Source of the DNA: Podarcis tiliguerta
Lineage: Eukaryota
Assembly: GCA_965153285.1 (NCBI GenBank)
Contig: OZ229117.1
Reading direction: 5' to 3' (one strand)
Length of the DNA: 64,000 nt
Numbering within the stretch: position 1 is the stretch's first letter; every line of letters starts with the position of its first letter. This document shows, in pieces, positions 1 to 14,700 of the stretch. Position numbers and translations under genes: made by a program. A model generated the notes under the pieces. It saw only the letters and a list, made by a program, of their open reading frames with translations. It was not told the DNA's origin and did no database searches.

Positions 1-1165
1 CTTTGAATGGTTTCCCTCATCAGCATGAAATCACACCCTGGGCTTGTAAATGTTTTCCTTTTGGGACAGAGACTGGAAAGGCGCCAACTCAGAAGCTTCT
101 CTTCCCAGAGCTTGCAGCAATTCTGTGACTTTCTTCCGCTGTTCTCATGTTGCAGAAACCGGGATTGGCAGCCGGCTGGCTGACAAGGGGGATCTGTGTT
201 GTGCTGAGCTCACAGGAAGTTAGAACAATGGGAGGAAAGGATTTGTCTCTGTCGGCTATATTTATACCCCCAAGAGGGTCTGTGACTGGGCAGAGCTTTC
301 TCCTGAGGCTCATTTCTATAGCTTGGAGAGCAGAGTATCCCCCTTCTCAAACATCCTGTGAGTGCAAAATTGGTTTACCTTCTCCTGAGTTTACCTTCAC
401 CACCCTTAAATAAAAACCCCAAGCTTCCTTTTTACCTTGAGTTCCCTATTACGGCATTTGCAAACCTGGTGCTCTCCAGATGTTTGGTGCTGCAACTCCC
501 ATCAGAATCAGCCTGTGTAAGACAAGAGGGCCCTCACAATCTGATTTTTCTTCCTGTTGCTTTTTTTGCTCTGAGCTGTTGCCCCCACTGCTGCTGTCGA
601 GGCTGCAAAAGAGAGGCTGCAGATTGGCAGAGGGAAGTGTTAAGAAGGGAAGGAAAAGGCTATCCTTGACACAATTTGCAGTCCCACCCCCCAAACTATC
701 AAAATAGCCGTACATTTCTTAGCGTATAGATATGAGGCAGGTGCTTAGTGGGTGGTGTGAGCAACGTGCAGCCTTCCAAGTGCTGTTCCCAGTCACTGAG
801 CGCTCTGTTATTCCTGTCCTGGAGAGAATTCTTTATATTCTTTGAAGGCTGGCCCCAGGACCGGCCCAATACATTTTGGCACCTGAGGTGAACCACAAAA
901 TGGCACCCACCACCACCAGGGAAGAAGGGGTGAGTGAACAAGAGTAGAGGAGACCAGCAGTAGCACCCATTCACCAAGAGGATGCTATAGAGGCAGCCTA
1001 GGATGGGGGGCAGATTTTGTCTCTAAGGTGTAAGCTTCAACTGTTGATGCCACCATGACAGCAGCTACACGGGTGCATTCCTTGGAGGCTGCATTTGCTG
1101 CCCTGTGAATCCTACCACCTGAGGCGGTTGCCTCATCTTGCCTTATGGGTGAGCTGACCCCTCCT

Positions 1166-1298
1166 TATTTTATCCTCCAAGCTGCTTCTGTGAGGTAGGC
1201 CAGGCTGAGAGCTGGTCACTTGCTCAAGGTCACCCTGTGACCTTCATGACGCAGCAGGGATTTGAACTCTAGTCTCCAGCACTCAGACCAGTACACTG
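1166..1298 (-). mobile_element. MIR/CORE-like SINE fragment
   Basis: ctgtgaggtaggccaggctgaga...caaggtcacc...gggatttgaac. Further copies near 29735-29930 (+) and 61028-61140 (+). Confidence 0.6.
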
Positions 1299-3425
1299 TG
1301 CTGATCCTCTCAATTGCTCATAGACCTCTCCTATCCCCAGCTGCTAGCACCTGACTGGGCAGCTGAGCATCTGTAGCACCTATTGCAAGTCCTCATAGGT
1401 TTGGGGCCAGACTTGGAGAAAACACTGGGGCAGATTCACTGGAGAGCCAAAGGCAAAGCCAGTTGCTTTCCAGAGTTAGTCCAAAGGGGAAGGACTGGAA
1501 TGTGTGTGCAGGCAGAAGTGCAGCAGTGGCAGGGAGACAAACTCAGAAGTTCAGAGCTTGGCTCTTGCTCAGGTGCAATAGGTCAGGCCTCACCTGGAAA
1601 TATTTATAGCCCGAACCAATATACTCTATTAGGGCCCTGAGAGGGCAACACTTGTCCTTTATACATGGCCTGCATCCCTGGGCGGCTCACTCACCACAAG
1701 GACAGCCAGGACACAGAGCAAGAAGGCTGCTGCTGGCACAGCCTTTTGTATGCTTTCATGTTTGTGATGCCTCAGGTGAAGTGATGGCACGAAGGGGGAT
1801 CTTTGCTAGGGGAAAGAGTCATGAATGTCCCTGGGACTCACCAGATCTGGAGAGCATCAAATTCAGTTTTGTTTTTGTTTGGCAGCTTAGTCAAGTCACA
1901 TCTGCTGCAAAGACTTGCAACCAATAACTCCAGAGCAAAATTGCTTCTCAAATGAATACTGCCAATACTGACTTACTAATAGCATTTATACAACACTTTT
2001 TGTATTTTCAAAGCACATTATCTCTGTAATCTTTAAACCAGTCCATTGGTATAATTAGTGCTAGTATGTTAGAATTATCTGCCCTTCACCAACAATTTGG
2101 AATTCAGTATTAAAAGTGGTAAGGAAAAAATTATGTCACAGGAATATATGCCTTTGTTACTGCCCCAAGTTACAGATGTGGAGCAGAGAGAAGGGGAGAA
2201 TTATGCTTTGCTTAATGCCGGCTAATGAGATAGGGGCAGAGGTGGGTTGCTGCTGGCTTAATCTCAGCCCACCAAATCCACCCCAGCCCAAATGGTGTTG
2301 ATATGATTCATGGAAAGTGCTCAGGGTTGGACTCGTGGTGAGTTTTGTGAGAGAAGGACAGGTACTGAGGATGTCCCTGGTGAGTGCTTCTGCTCAGTGT
2401 TTGAAACTCCCATTGTTCTAGGCGCATTTTGTCACAGGGAATTTCATTAGTGCCAGCAGTTTCTGAGCTCTGGGCGTAGTACTGCACCTAAAATTTCAGA
2501 TTAAAACTGCAGAGTGGAAGGAAAGGAGGACCTTTGTCTGCCTCCACACTTCCAGTTAGTCTCTGAAGACTGGAGAAGAGACCCTCTTAAGAATATTAGG
2601 GGGGTGGGCAGGGGAAGGACTAAACCATGTGAAAAATGAACATAATATTTTAGCTGCAGTTCATTCATTTTCAGCTTTGTATTCTTGTTATAAAAAAGCG
2701 CACCTAGGCATTCCGTTGTTGCGCCTATAACCTAGGTTTAAGGTGCCATTTAGCTCCTAGCTTTCATACAGTATTTCAGTTTCTAACACTGCTTCTGCTG
2801 TCTGAACTTGGTTGGTGCAGTCAAAAAGGTGTGCTTGGTCTGTGATCACAGTTGGTGAGATGCTATGGAGGAGACAGGGCTTGTGGCTTGTTCAAACCTT
2901 AAAATCTGAACCCTGTAGGTAGAAAGTTATGGAGGAGGGTAGGTTAACACTGGGATGGGTGCCTGCAAGCAGAGCTGCCTTGGTGTTCCCCAGCAGAAGC
3001 TTCTGAAGAGTCATTGAGAGGTAGCAAAGAGACACACAGAGAGACCAGATGGCTGGTTCCAGTCTATTGGAGCTCTGTTTTTAATCTGCAGTCAAACCAT
3101 CCATTGCCTAATCACTCCAATTATTTGATTAAGAGTGCAAATTACCATGCGCAGCGTAGGGGGATGGGACTATGACTGGTTACCAGGAAATACATTAAAG
3201 CATCCAGCCAGACCCAGAAAGGACTTCATGCAAGGCTGATGTTCATCTTCAGTTGCCCCCCTCCACACTTACACGTATGCCAATGTAATTCCCTGCTTGC
3301 TGCTACACACCCAGAAATATGGTTGTCTGGTTCTTAATAAGCCTCAGGAATGTGCCAGGCACCATACAGGATGCCAAAGAGACTCCAATCGTTACTAAGA
3401 GAGAGGCTTGCTTATTTGCTAAAAG

Positions 3426-3554
3426 CAGCTTTCACCCACCTGGTGCCCTCCAGATGTTTTGAATTATAGTTCCTATCAGAATTCCCTATGTTGGCTGGCA
3501 CTGATGGGAATTGTAGTCCCAAACATCTGGAAGGCACTAGGGTGGGGAAGGCCG
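3426..3554. mobile_element. Palindromic MITE (hAT-like non-autonomous); representative copy
   Basis: Inverted arms cctggtgccctccagatgttt ... aaacatctggaaggcactagg. About 17 related copies in the window. Confidence 0.7.
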
Positions 3555-6500
3555 ATTTAAAATATATTTTTAATCCTACCCTTTACTTATGTATATTTGC
3601 CAGGATGGCATGAGTGGGATCATGAGAACAATAAGAACCAGCAAAACATTTCAGAAAAGTTCCAAGATGATGAAATGTTCAAACTATAGCAAAAACAAGC
3701 ACACCCCTTCACTTTTCACCTTCAGATTCATCTCTCTTGCTCCATCTAACAAGGCCTGTTAATCAGCCTGCTTCATAGCCCAAGAAATAAATACCTATGA
3801 CTGAAAGAAACTCTGCAGATGCTCAGAGGTACTCTCCCTTCCAACCTGTTTGCCAGCCAACATCCATTTCAGTGGATGAATATCTCACCCTTGTATGTTG
3901 CGGAGTCTTGGCACTGAAACTGAGCCCTGCACTTGTCCCTTATCCTCCCCCCCCCCCCCCCGCGTCACCTGCTTTGTGCAGATTGTAACCCCACCGGAAA
4001 GGGCCCAAGCTGCCCCTGTGGTCTGGCTAGTGGTGGGATTCAAGAAATGTATTAGTGGCAATGGTGACAATACATTCAAGGATTTCCTGTTCATGAGCTC
4101 CTTTTCCCTACAATGGCCTTTTTTGTTTTGGGGGAGAAAAGAAGCCAGTGCCCTGTTGGAAATGGGATTTTGCATATTGGCAACCCTAAAAGAACCATAG
4201 CCTCCTCCTTCTCCTCCTCCTCTCCCCCCGCCCCTAAGTCCTCCTCTCTCCTTTTTGCTGTCTGTCTGGCTGCCATCCTTTGCCAGCTTTGTATAATAAC
4301 TGCAGGAACAAAGGCACTGTGGCCAGAAGGGGGATGAAATTGAATGCAGATTTTCCAGGTGGTTTCATCCACCCAAAAGCTGAAAAGCACCTGCGTGCTC
4401 TTGGCAGAACGGGAGTTCGGCTAACAATAGAGCCGCTTTGTGGGGGCGGCCATGAGGGAGAAGGAAGAAAGGCTAGATCCATCACACACACCAACATCAT
4501 CACCTTTGCAGGCTGAGTGGTTGTTGTTTTATTCTGAATGGTTTGTGCTTTTCAGTTTTTATGCAAAAGAGGCAGATAGGGGCTCCTGTGTGTTAAGAAA
4601 CAAAAAGGCACAAATGGTGATGTAGGACAGAATAACCCATCATTCCAGCTTGAAATGGACCATGAGTGAGTCTAGTCTAGTCTGCACACAAAGCCTTCCT
4701 TTGCCTCTATGATCAAATGTGCAAACCCTGGTGTGAGGTGAGGCTTTCATGTGCTTTAAGAGGGTTGCAAATGCCCACTAGTTCACCAGTCATTACCCCT
4801 GTCTTCCTTGTCCACAAAGCTAGGAGTGGTGATCCTTTTCCCTCTTGTAAATGATCTTTACCTTTCATATAGGATTTAGTTACACTTGAATGGAAGGGAT
4901 TTTACTGCTGAATTAACACTTCCGAACCTATCATCTCCCCACCTTTCTAACACCTTGCAACTTAGATGTGCCTAGGAGAATAATTATTTTGCAGCTTTCT
5001 CCATCCCTTCCTTCCTCTCCCCCGCCCCCTAAATCTAAAGGTCGATCTGTGCTGATGTTTTAAGGGAAATTATCTACCATCCTGCACCAAAAACAAGTGC
5101 CTTTCCAGTGTTGAAGATGATGTTGGGGTGGACCTTTCCAAAGTGCTTTGGGTGGTTGCTTCTGTGGTTGGTTTAGCCCTGGGTGCTGCCCTGCACTTAT
5201 CCCCACAGTTGCCAGGGCTTTTTTTTAAAAAAGGAGGCTTCATAAAAGTTGACATTCTTTGGGTGCCGATTTTGGCCATAGAGAACCAAGGCTGACTTTG
5301 TCAGGGCAATTGTGCAGAATGCGGCAGGCCTGGTTACCATCATTTCAATTACCATAAGGTAGTCCTTTAAAGTAGCCCGATCAACCTGGTGCCCCCCAGC
5401 ACAGCTGTAGTCCAAAGTGGCTGAAGTTGGGAAAGGTTGCTTGAGGATGTGTGAAGCACTGCACATACCTAAACCTTACTATGGCCATGCAAGACACTTT
5501 GAAATAGGTTAGGCAGTGAGTTTCATGGCATAGTTGGGATCTGAATCAGCACCCGTGGTTGACACTTTTATGCCTGTAACTTGAAATCCTAGTTTCTCTC
5601 TGTGGCTGCATTGGCCCTGCTGGGTAGCAGGAGGAGGAATCGTCTCCTCTGTAATCCTGGTGTCTCTATGGATGCTGTGATGCTGATAAATCCACCCTTG
5701 CTCATTCCTCTGCCTTGCCAGATCGGATGGCCCAGCTGGCAATATTTTTAACCCTTCTCTGATGTGCATTGGCTCCTTCCAGTCCAGCTCTGAACAGCTG
5801 GGGGGTGGGGAAGGGGTGGGAGGGAGGTGAACAGGGTAGCTATTTTGTTTTCCTTGTTGGATGCTTTCCAGGCCCACTTAGATTGTTGCTGTTGCTGCCA
5901 CTGCCTTGCTGTTTTGAGGGCCAGCATCACCCAGCAGAATGCTTCCTCTTCCCCAGCTGCCTAACCTTCTTTAAGTCATGGCACCAGCACCTCCAGGGGG
6001 CAACGTTAGAACTGGGGCTGTGGGCAATTCTATCCAGTGATTAGAGAGCAGCAGCACCTGAGCCAGAGAGACACCCATTTGGCTGGGTGGCCTTGGACCA
6101 GCATCTAGTGCTCAGCCCTTAGGGTGTTTTTCTTTCTTCCAGGTGCTTTGCATCGTTGGTTCCTACCTGTCCCTCCCATTCATGACTTTCCAACATAGTG
6201 CCTCATTAAGCAGGCACTAACCTCTGCACCTTTGTTCTTGGCTGGATGGACATCCTGTACTGCCCCTCACCCAAAATACCCCACTGTTGCTACTCTTCTC
6301 TCATCAAAGCCTTTTCTTTCTTATAAAACAGCACAGAATATACACATATTCATCCATCCTAACAATAGATGTCAGGCTTTTCCAGGGGTGGCAAGGTGGT
6401 GATGATGTATTTCTTCTAACAGTGGAAATGCTGTCAGGATTAAGGTTTGCATGCAACCCACCCGCCCTGCTTCTATGGGTGGTGCCTGTAGAGGTGTATA

Positions 6501-9500
6501 TAAGGGTGAAAAAATGATCTATTGTTGTTTTCCAGTTACCTGACCCAGTGAGCTCAAGAAAAGGAAGGCTCTGTGTGTGTGGCAGGGGGATTCCATGCAG
6601 AAAAAAGGGCCCCTGGTCTTCTCCATCTGCAAAATGGAAGTGAGAGGACAAACAAGATGTGCCTTGCATGTTAATAGTGCTTTATAACAGAAGACTGAAA
6701 TGAATTAGGCATTAATCAATGTAATTGACTGCAGAGTTAAAACTGTGGTTGAGTTGGGGCTCTCCCATGTGAAATGGTTGCTGTTCTTGGAAGCCAGTTG
6801 AATTGGGGGGCAAGGGAAGGGCTCTGGGGCCCCAGGGCCCCTGAAGTTTTTTTTGGGGGGGGGTGCCTCAGGCATCTCCCATTAATGCTCTCATGGGAAA
6901 AAAAGAGAGGAGGCAAAAGGGTTTGGTGTGCCTGCTTCTGAAAGGGAGGTGCATAATGCAATCCATCTGTGTTCTTCTCTGGTTGTTCAGGAAGAAGCTA
7001 GCTTGCTCTCAAATCCCTTCCAATGCCTTGGCCAATGAGTGCAGAGGCACTGGCATTATCAGCAAGGTTTAATTTTTTTAGCTTAAACTTTAATCAAATC
7101 AGACTGAATTAATTAAGTCGCTTTATATTTAGACTCCTTGTATTTAAATGTTTGCTTATGGTTCCTCCCCCTTCTTGCCAGCATACACCTAGGTACTGTG
7201 CACATAAGTAACAAGGGGATGGCGCTGAGGGTGGCAGGCCCCTTCCTAATGCGTGAATGTGCAGGTGCTGCAAATAGATCTGTGTGCAAGCAGAGATGTT
7301 CTCCAGCTCCAGTAAGAAGTCTTAATGTGTTGTGTCAGGCGACACCCTTCTTACTCAAGGAATAAAAGTGCTTTGGAAGAGAAGCCAGCAGGAACCCAGA
7401 CAGCCTTCGCTTGCCAAAAGCAGCATTGGCCAAAGAATCTTGCCATTGTTCGTTCTGCGGAAGACTGGGGAAAAAACCCTGATTAACCATGACCTTGGCC
7501 TTTTGGTGGGAGGTCAGTCTTGCAGTTTGAGCTCTCTCTCTCTCTACCTCTCTCTCGCTCTCAGGATGAGGTGCAATCTGGCTCCCTTGGGAGTTGATGC
7601 TGAACTCAGTTTCTCCCCTGTTTGCTTATTTGTTAATTAATTTTCTGCCCAACCCTTGCTCTGAAAGGAGCCCAGGGCAGTAAGCAACAAGGTAGTAAAA
7701 CAATGCAATTACAATAAAATAAAAACCTCTTTATAAACTTTAAGGCCACCTAAAAACATTTTAAAACAGCTGCATATCCTCACAGCAAATAATTACAAAG
7801 TTGCTGGGAAGAGCATCTTTTCAGTCAGCAAATGCCCCCTGAATGTAAATTGGACACACCTAACTAGGGAGGTCATTCCAAAAATGGGGATCCACCACCA
7901 AGGAGGCCTTGTTACAGAGAAACACCAGCCGGGCAGCACCACAATCAACAGGGTTTCCCCTTCTGATCAAACTTGTGCTAATAAGTTTTCCAGGCCCAAA
8001 ATGTCCTATTGGGGGGAAGGGCTGTTGTAAAAGGGATGCTGTGCAGTTTTGCCTCGGATTCTTCTTCTGGCTGCATCAGTATAGGAAGCCAGTAGTTCCT
8101 TGCCAGTGCAAGGAAGCAAATAATGCCAAGGTAGAAAGCTCTAAGTCATTATCAGTGATGAAAAGACAGGTCTATCCCCATGGCAGAGCAGTGTACCCAG
8201 TCCAAACCACTAGTGCCCCACAAAGAGGGGGCAGGTACCCAGGCTAGAGTCTTCTCCCAGGACTTGTTTGCAGTGCAAAGTTCAGCCCTGCAACATGCGA
8301 AGTAGCAATAAGCAAGATTGCTTCTGCTTATGTGCTGAATGTTTCTCCAATGCCTAACCACAGTTAGCACTCATGCACAGCTGGGAAGAGTGAAAAGGAG
8401 GAGTGTGAATCCTGGAAGGACCACCTGATCATATAACAGGGCCATTCCCCATAGAGTTCAGAGCACAGAATGCCCCAAGCTGAGAGAAGGCAGATGCAGA
8501 TTCAGTAACTGGAGGGTGTGAGCCTAGCACCTGTCCACTGGTTGATGATTGCTAGCATTTCAGCACTTTAGAGCAGCCTTTGTGGTAGCTGAGGCTGATG
8601 GGAGATGTAGTCTGACCAGGTTGGCAAAGGCTGCTTTAGATGGGTGGGCATTTGTATTTGCCTTCTTAACAGCTCTCAAGCTGCCCTGTGCTGGAAGGCA
8701 AGTTGGCCTTGTGTTTGGGGCAATGTGTGCGTATCTGATTTGACCCTTTGGTAAACAGCATAAAAGGATGCTTCATCAGCTCCCATTGCTTGCCACACCT
8801 TCCTCTTGTGGAAATCAATCAGCAGCTGAGTTTGCCAAGCAGAGTAGGGAGGGAGAGTTGTGTTTCCTGCAGGGTGCGTCCCAGAATGGGCAGCAGCTGT
8901 GAGCACTGTAGTGTTTGGCATGGCAAGCCAAGAGGCTGTTTACTTAGCAGCTCTGCAAAATACCCGCTTTATCTGAGGTTGGCATCACCAGGGCGCTTTC
9001 GGTTCCCGACAACAAACTAGTCATTTATGTCCACTTACATAGTTTCCCAAAATTTGAGGCAACACAGTTTCAGAGACTAAGAATGAGCAGGTGACTCATG
9101 AGCTGGAGGCTGGCGACAGAGGTTATTTTTCTGAAGAAAAGGAAAAGGAGATAGAAGAGTGTATGTTGTACGTACAATTGGGTGCCCAGGGCTCAAATTT
9201 GGCATCTTTCTTTGAAGCTCTGCTCCAAAATCTTCAGTCTGTTAAAGCAAGCTACTTAGTGGCAACAGGAATGCACTTGATACATGTTTAAAAGAAAATT
9301 AACCTTAAGGAAACAAGCCCAGGGTTTAGCTCAGCTGAGTGCCAACCCAGATGAAGCATCAGAGGGGACTGTTAATCAGGTGGGAGACCCAGGAGAGGCC
9401 TGAAGTGCAGATGGAAGATTGCAAATAGAATGCCCAAGGACTGGGTGAGCTGCAAAGGTGGGAAGCTTACATAGGGGTCTCCCAGCCAGTCAGAAGGCCA

Positions 9501-11384
9501 GGCAGGGTTTCAGTTTGAGGAATAGATGAGGGCATGGCAGTGGGAAGGATCCACCACTCCCTGGGATGGCTGAAGTGTGGGCCACTCTTCAATGTAGCAT
9601 CTAGTGCTGGAGAATGAGCAATTTTAGGTACAAATTCTTCAAAAAGTAAATTTGGGCAACCAGGAGGAATGGCCACTGAGAGGGCAAGTTCTGGGCAAGT
9701 GGGAAGCCCAACTGTGGCAGTTCACAGCTGAGTTGATGGAGTGGCCCTAATCCTGTCACTTAAAGTGGCCTTTGCTGGTGCCAAATGTCACATCTGAGGA
9801 CACTGAAAACACTCTATCTGAATGGTATTGTAACCAGGATTGCAGGGCATGGGTTGGTGTAATATATAGACCAGTTTTCTTCCACTACTCCCCAAAGGAG
9901 CTAGAACAAGGGCTTGCCACCACAGGTGTGAGATGATATTCCTTCCAATGGCAGAAAGAGAAGCTTGTATTGGAGCTGCAACTTTCTTTCAGTGGTGTTG
10001 TGCTTCCTTGTTTTCTGTGGATGAAATATGCTCCTTAAATGGACCATGCCAGACTGTAGGGCTCCAGAAACTTCCTGGTTTTGTTGCCTGGTGGTTGCTT
10101 AGCATCTGGCAAGGCTTGATCTGTGCCTGGTGGGCTTCAGTCAGTTTGGTGAGCAGGTTTAATCCAGGCACTTTGCCAGGCATGGCCTGGTTGGGCTGCT
10201 GTGGGGAGCAATATTCTGCAGTCCATCCTAGGAAATTCTGTTGCATTGCTTGCAGAAATTCTACCTCTGGCTCTTGGGACAAAGCCACCTTCCTTTAACC
10301 ACAATCTGCAAGAAGAGAAGAGGCTTTTCTTCTTAGGAAAGCAGGATTGTAAGGTGCCTGAGACCTGACATGAAATCAGTTTGAAGTCTGTCATGAGCAA
10401 AGCAGATAAAAGGAATTGCCCAGTGCAGTGCAGTTGGGTGGGATTAGCCTGGCAGCTTTTGTCTAGAGCACGTTTGGAGCTGAGGGTTTAGCCTTGTGTC
10501 ACAGCTACCCCCTATGTCCACAGAAATGTAATTTCCTCCCCTCAAAGATTGGTGCAGGCAGAACTGCTGGATCTGGGCTGGAAGAGGTTGAATGGAGGAG
10601 GAAAGATAAAGTAAATCCCTTGTGTTTCGTAAGTACTAGCTGAGCGTGATTGAAGGAGGGGCTTTAAAATAAATTATACAAATCCCGCTTCTTTCGTAGG
10701 AGGGTGTGTGCTTGTGCGAAGGTGCAGTGTTAAGTTCTGAATTAGCATAATCACAGAGAGCTCAGCACTGGGATAACTTTAATGCTCCTGGCTGTGGTTG
10801 TGGAGGAGCACCTCCCTGTGAAAAACTTTGTGCCTGTAAATCAGCCATGCCTTGCACAGGTTGATGGGAGTTGTAGTCTTAAGACATCTAGTGGGTACCA
10901 GTTTGAGGAAGATTGCTGCAAAATCTCCATAACTATACTTAAAAAGAAGAAGCAGATAAGATTGTAAGGTCACTGGATTCTCTGACAAAAAGCAAAAAAA
11001 GGTGCTCTATATTTATGACCTTCCAAGAATCATAATGGCTAACTAGAACTTCCAAGTGCAGAGACAGCCTACCAGTAACACCAGAAACTTGGGACAAACT
11101 GTGAGGATCAGCCTATTTTCCTCCTGACCTGCTTGTGGCCTCCCAAGATGCCTCTGGTTGCTTATTGTTGGAAACAGGATGCTGGGCTGAGATGGACCTT
11201 TGGCCTGACTCAGCAGGTGTCTCCTTACATCATAGTTCTGTTAGCCAAAACTGCCCCCCCATCTTTCCCCAATAACCCCATCATAGTCCAGTCAAAGATC
11301 GCTGAATGGGCCTAGGAAATCAGGGGGTGTTGTCTGAACCAAAGCCTGCTTCCACTGTCATGGGCTTAGCCTTGGAGTGTGTGA

Positions 11385-11717
11385 ATTAATGCTGGAAGAT
11401 TCAGGACAGATCGAAGAAAGTACTTCATGCAGCATATAGTCAAATTACGGAACTTGCTCCCCCCGGAGGCAGTGATGGCCACCAACGTGGATGACTTTGA
11501 AAGAAGATTAGACTAATTCATGGAGGGGAGGGCTATCATTGGCTACTAGCCATGATGCCTATGCTCTACCTCCACAGTTGGAAGCAGCAATGCTTCCATT
11601 GTGCATGAGCTGTGCTTGAGGGTTTCTCACAGGAATCTGGTTGGCCACTATGAGAAAAGGATGTCCACCTATGCTGGACTAGGTGAGCCTGATCCAGTAG
11701 GCCGTTCTTACGTTCTT
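11385..11717 (+). mobile_element. CR1-type LINE 3' end fragment
   Basis: ORF2 C-terminal remnant (GRFRTDRRKYF...) followed by a 3' UTR ending cctgatccagtaggccgttcttacgttctt. Confidence 0.7.
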
Positions 11718-14700
11718 TCATTCTAAAGAAGTGAACATGTTACTGGGCACGTGCTGAGTGAATTCTCACCACTGAGCAGCCTCAAGCCGCTCACACACCA
11801 AGGTGGAATAGTGAAGAATGCCTTCTAGGCCAATGTTGGGTCTGGGCCCCTCACATTTTAGAAATTAAGTCTTGAGGAAAGTGCTTTGCTTTGCTGCTTA
11901 CTTCCAGCTGCTAAGTTGCATTACGAGGGACCTAAAAATACCCATCCAAATAGCCTCCTGATGTGGCTTGCCCGTGCAAGCAGTTTGTGTTGTTGCCTGG
12001 AGGAGCTGTTGTGCAGTTGTTTAGCAGATAGGGGTAAGGAGGGTGCTTGAAGTCTGCAAATGGGCAGTGTGGAGGGGGGTGCACGAGGCAAGGCCCATAA
12101 GCAAAATACAGGCTGTGTTGTATACTTTTGCATGCCCAGCAAGCCCCATATATGGAGGTGCTCTGCCTTCTGAAGGAAAAATAGGGAGTTTTGCTGTAAT
12201 CCTTGGTGCCGTTTAACCATCAACAGTCTTCTTATGCCTTGTTTGTGAAACACAACCCATAGTTTAAGACTTGAGCTTCAAGCTTTAATTGATTTAATCA
12301 GTAGATCAATCAACTAAATCTTTTGCTGATGAATCCGTGGGAACAGATTTTAATTAGCAGAGTTAAAAAAAAACACTTACCTATTTTCTGAGGCTATTTT
12401 GAGTACAGTGTGCCACTGCCATAAAAAAATGACAAAAAGAAAACATTGAAGGTGGTCTTTTCCTGTTAACAGTGTGCTTTAAAATGCCACTGCTGCTGTC
12501 TCAATACAGTACAAATATTTTAGACTTTGGGATCTCCTGCCTGAAACCCTGGAGAGTCCCTGCCAGTCAGTGTAGACAGTACTGTGATAGATGGGTCCAG
12601 GGGTCTGAGTCAGGAACATAGGAAGCGGCCTCATACCACCTGCCTTGTGAGTTATCAACTGCCATTCATTAATTGCTTGACAGCCCTACTTAAGATCGGT
12701 TTGTAGGATTAATTTGCTCAGTGGCTCACCAGAGCACAGTCCTGGAATCTGCTTGTAGCTCTGTGGCTACAAGCCACATTCCCCAAACATGTGGATTAAC
12801 ACTGTACTTCTGAGCATGTAGACTGCTTTCCATCCACTGTTGAGCTACTACAGCAAACCCTGCAATCAGTTTAACAAGGCGGGGACCCAGGCGCAACAGT
12901 GGGCATAGTCCCAGCTCCTCCTTTTAAAGAAATGCTTTGTGAAAAGCTGCTGGCCACAGAAGGAAACCAACTTTGGCTTAAAAGTGCCCCCCCCCCCAAG
13001 TTATTGTCCTCCAGGCATTTTGGACTACCCCTTCCAGCAGCCCCAGCATCACATGGCCATGCTGGTGGAGTTGTAGTCCAAAACATCTGGAAGGTGTCAG
13101 GTTGGGGCTGCTCGAAAGGATGAGCCTCTTGAGCTAACAAACCTTTGCTGTGCATGTGGGCTTGGGAGTTTGCTTGAATTTGCCTTGGGATTCTTTGCTC
13201 ACCAGGCATACTGTAATTCCACAAATAAACTGAAATTAGCAGATGTGCCTTGGGCTTGTTCTCCCTCTCTCTCACGCCCTTCCTTCTAAATTGTCGCTAG
13301 GGGATACAGAGTGGAAGTTCCATCATCAGGTAAATATAGTTCAGTGCCACAGCTGGCTGCTTGGCTGGTCTTTCTACATCACACTGCAAGAAATGCAAAA
13401 GGAACCGTGGTCCCCATGGATCCCTCAGAAATCTTGTACTCCGCCCATCTCCTACACCTGGGCCAATTTTCTGGGTGCTCAGAGCATCTTATTGGAAGGA
13501 CCCCAGAACACTCAAAGTGCTGAAGACAGCCATAAGGAAGTAGCCATTATTCATTTAAAGGAGTGCCCTCTTGTTATGAACCCAAAAGGATTTCCCCCCC
13601 CCCCACCAGGTAAAATGTCCGTCCAGGTTTTTGAAAAACATATATAGGAGCAGGGAGGCATTAGTTCCTACACACACACATACCTGTTCTCTCTCCAGGC
13701 AAGGAAGAGGCATTATCCAAGTTTGAGGACACATTTAAGCCAGGCAAAACTGCTCTAGGATAGTGGTTTTAGGCAGGGCCAGTGAAAGGTGTGGCCTGTG
13801 GAGACTCCCAAGGACCAGAAAGTGAGGTCTGCAGTATTTAGACTCCAGGTTCCCTACCCCTATCTTAAAGAATCAGTTGGGGGCAGGGAAAGAGATATTT
13901 CAGATTCTTAGTTGCCAGCGCTGAAATTTTAGAGACCATTTCAAGGAAGTGGGTGGAGTGGAAGAAATGTTACCATTCTTATACGTGGGCACCTTGTGTG
14001 AGTTTTTGCTACTTGGAATTTTTCCAAGACCATCAAGCAGGCTTGAAGTAATGCCAGTTCAAAGCAAATATTTCAGCTTCAAGAGAGTCAGCTCGTGTGA
14101 TGAAGGACAGACCAATTTCGATGTCAGTATCTTTATGTGCATATTTGATTTTAGTGGGGAAGGGGATAGGCCTACATTCCCTCTTCCAAGGAGGAGGGGA
14201 ATGAATGTATATTGGCACTCCTTTTGTTGGCATGTGACCTGATGAGGAAATAGCCAAAGAATTCCTGGCTGCAAACTCAACACATCGTCCTTTTATAAGT
14301 GAGGGGGAAAACCTCACATGGAATTCCTCAGATTCTTCCTGCAGGAAGCTGGGAGAGCCGTTAAAAAAGAAAAACTTGCCCTGCACAATTGAAGGCAGTT
14401 TGAACAGCGAAGGCAGCGGTGGCACATGAAGGGCCTGCTTTGGTGAAACTACTGGCCAGATTATTGTTGCAGCTGCATCCAATTATTACAGCTAGCCTAG
14501 ACGTTCTTCTGTGACTGTAATGTCTGGCTGTCTACTGCGCTCCTGAGCCAAGCAAGGGAAAGGCCAGGAAGGGGGTCTCTGTGTGCACACAAAACAGTAT
14601 ATTGGCTGGTGGGGCTCTGGGAAGAGAGGAGGCTGGGCAATCTCTCTAACCCTGTATGCAGCCATTGCTATAGGGCTTTTTGGTGGTGAAATTTCCTGTT

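Noticed and set aside
8805-8830. Peptide VEINQQL resembling the upstream MACF1 exon end (VEIINQQLADFK)
   Set aside because: No flanking similarity and no suitable splice donor; chance match.
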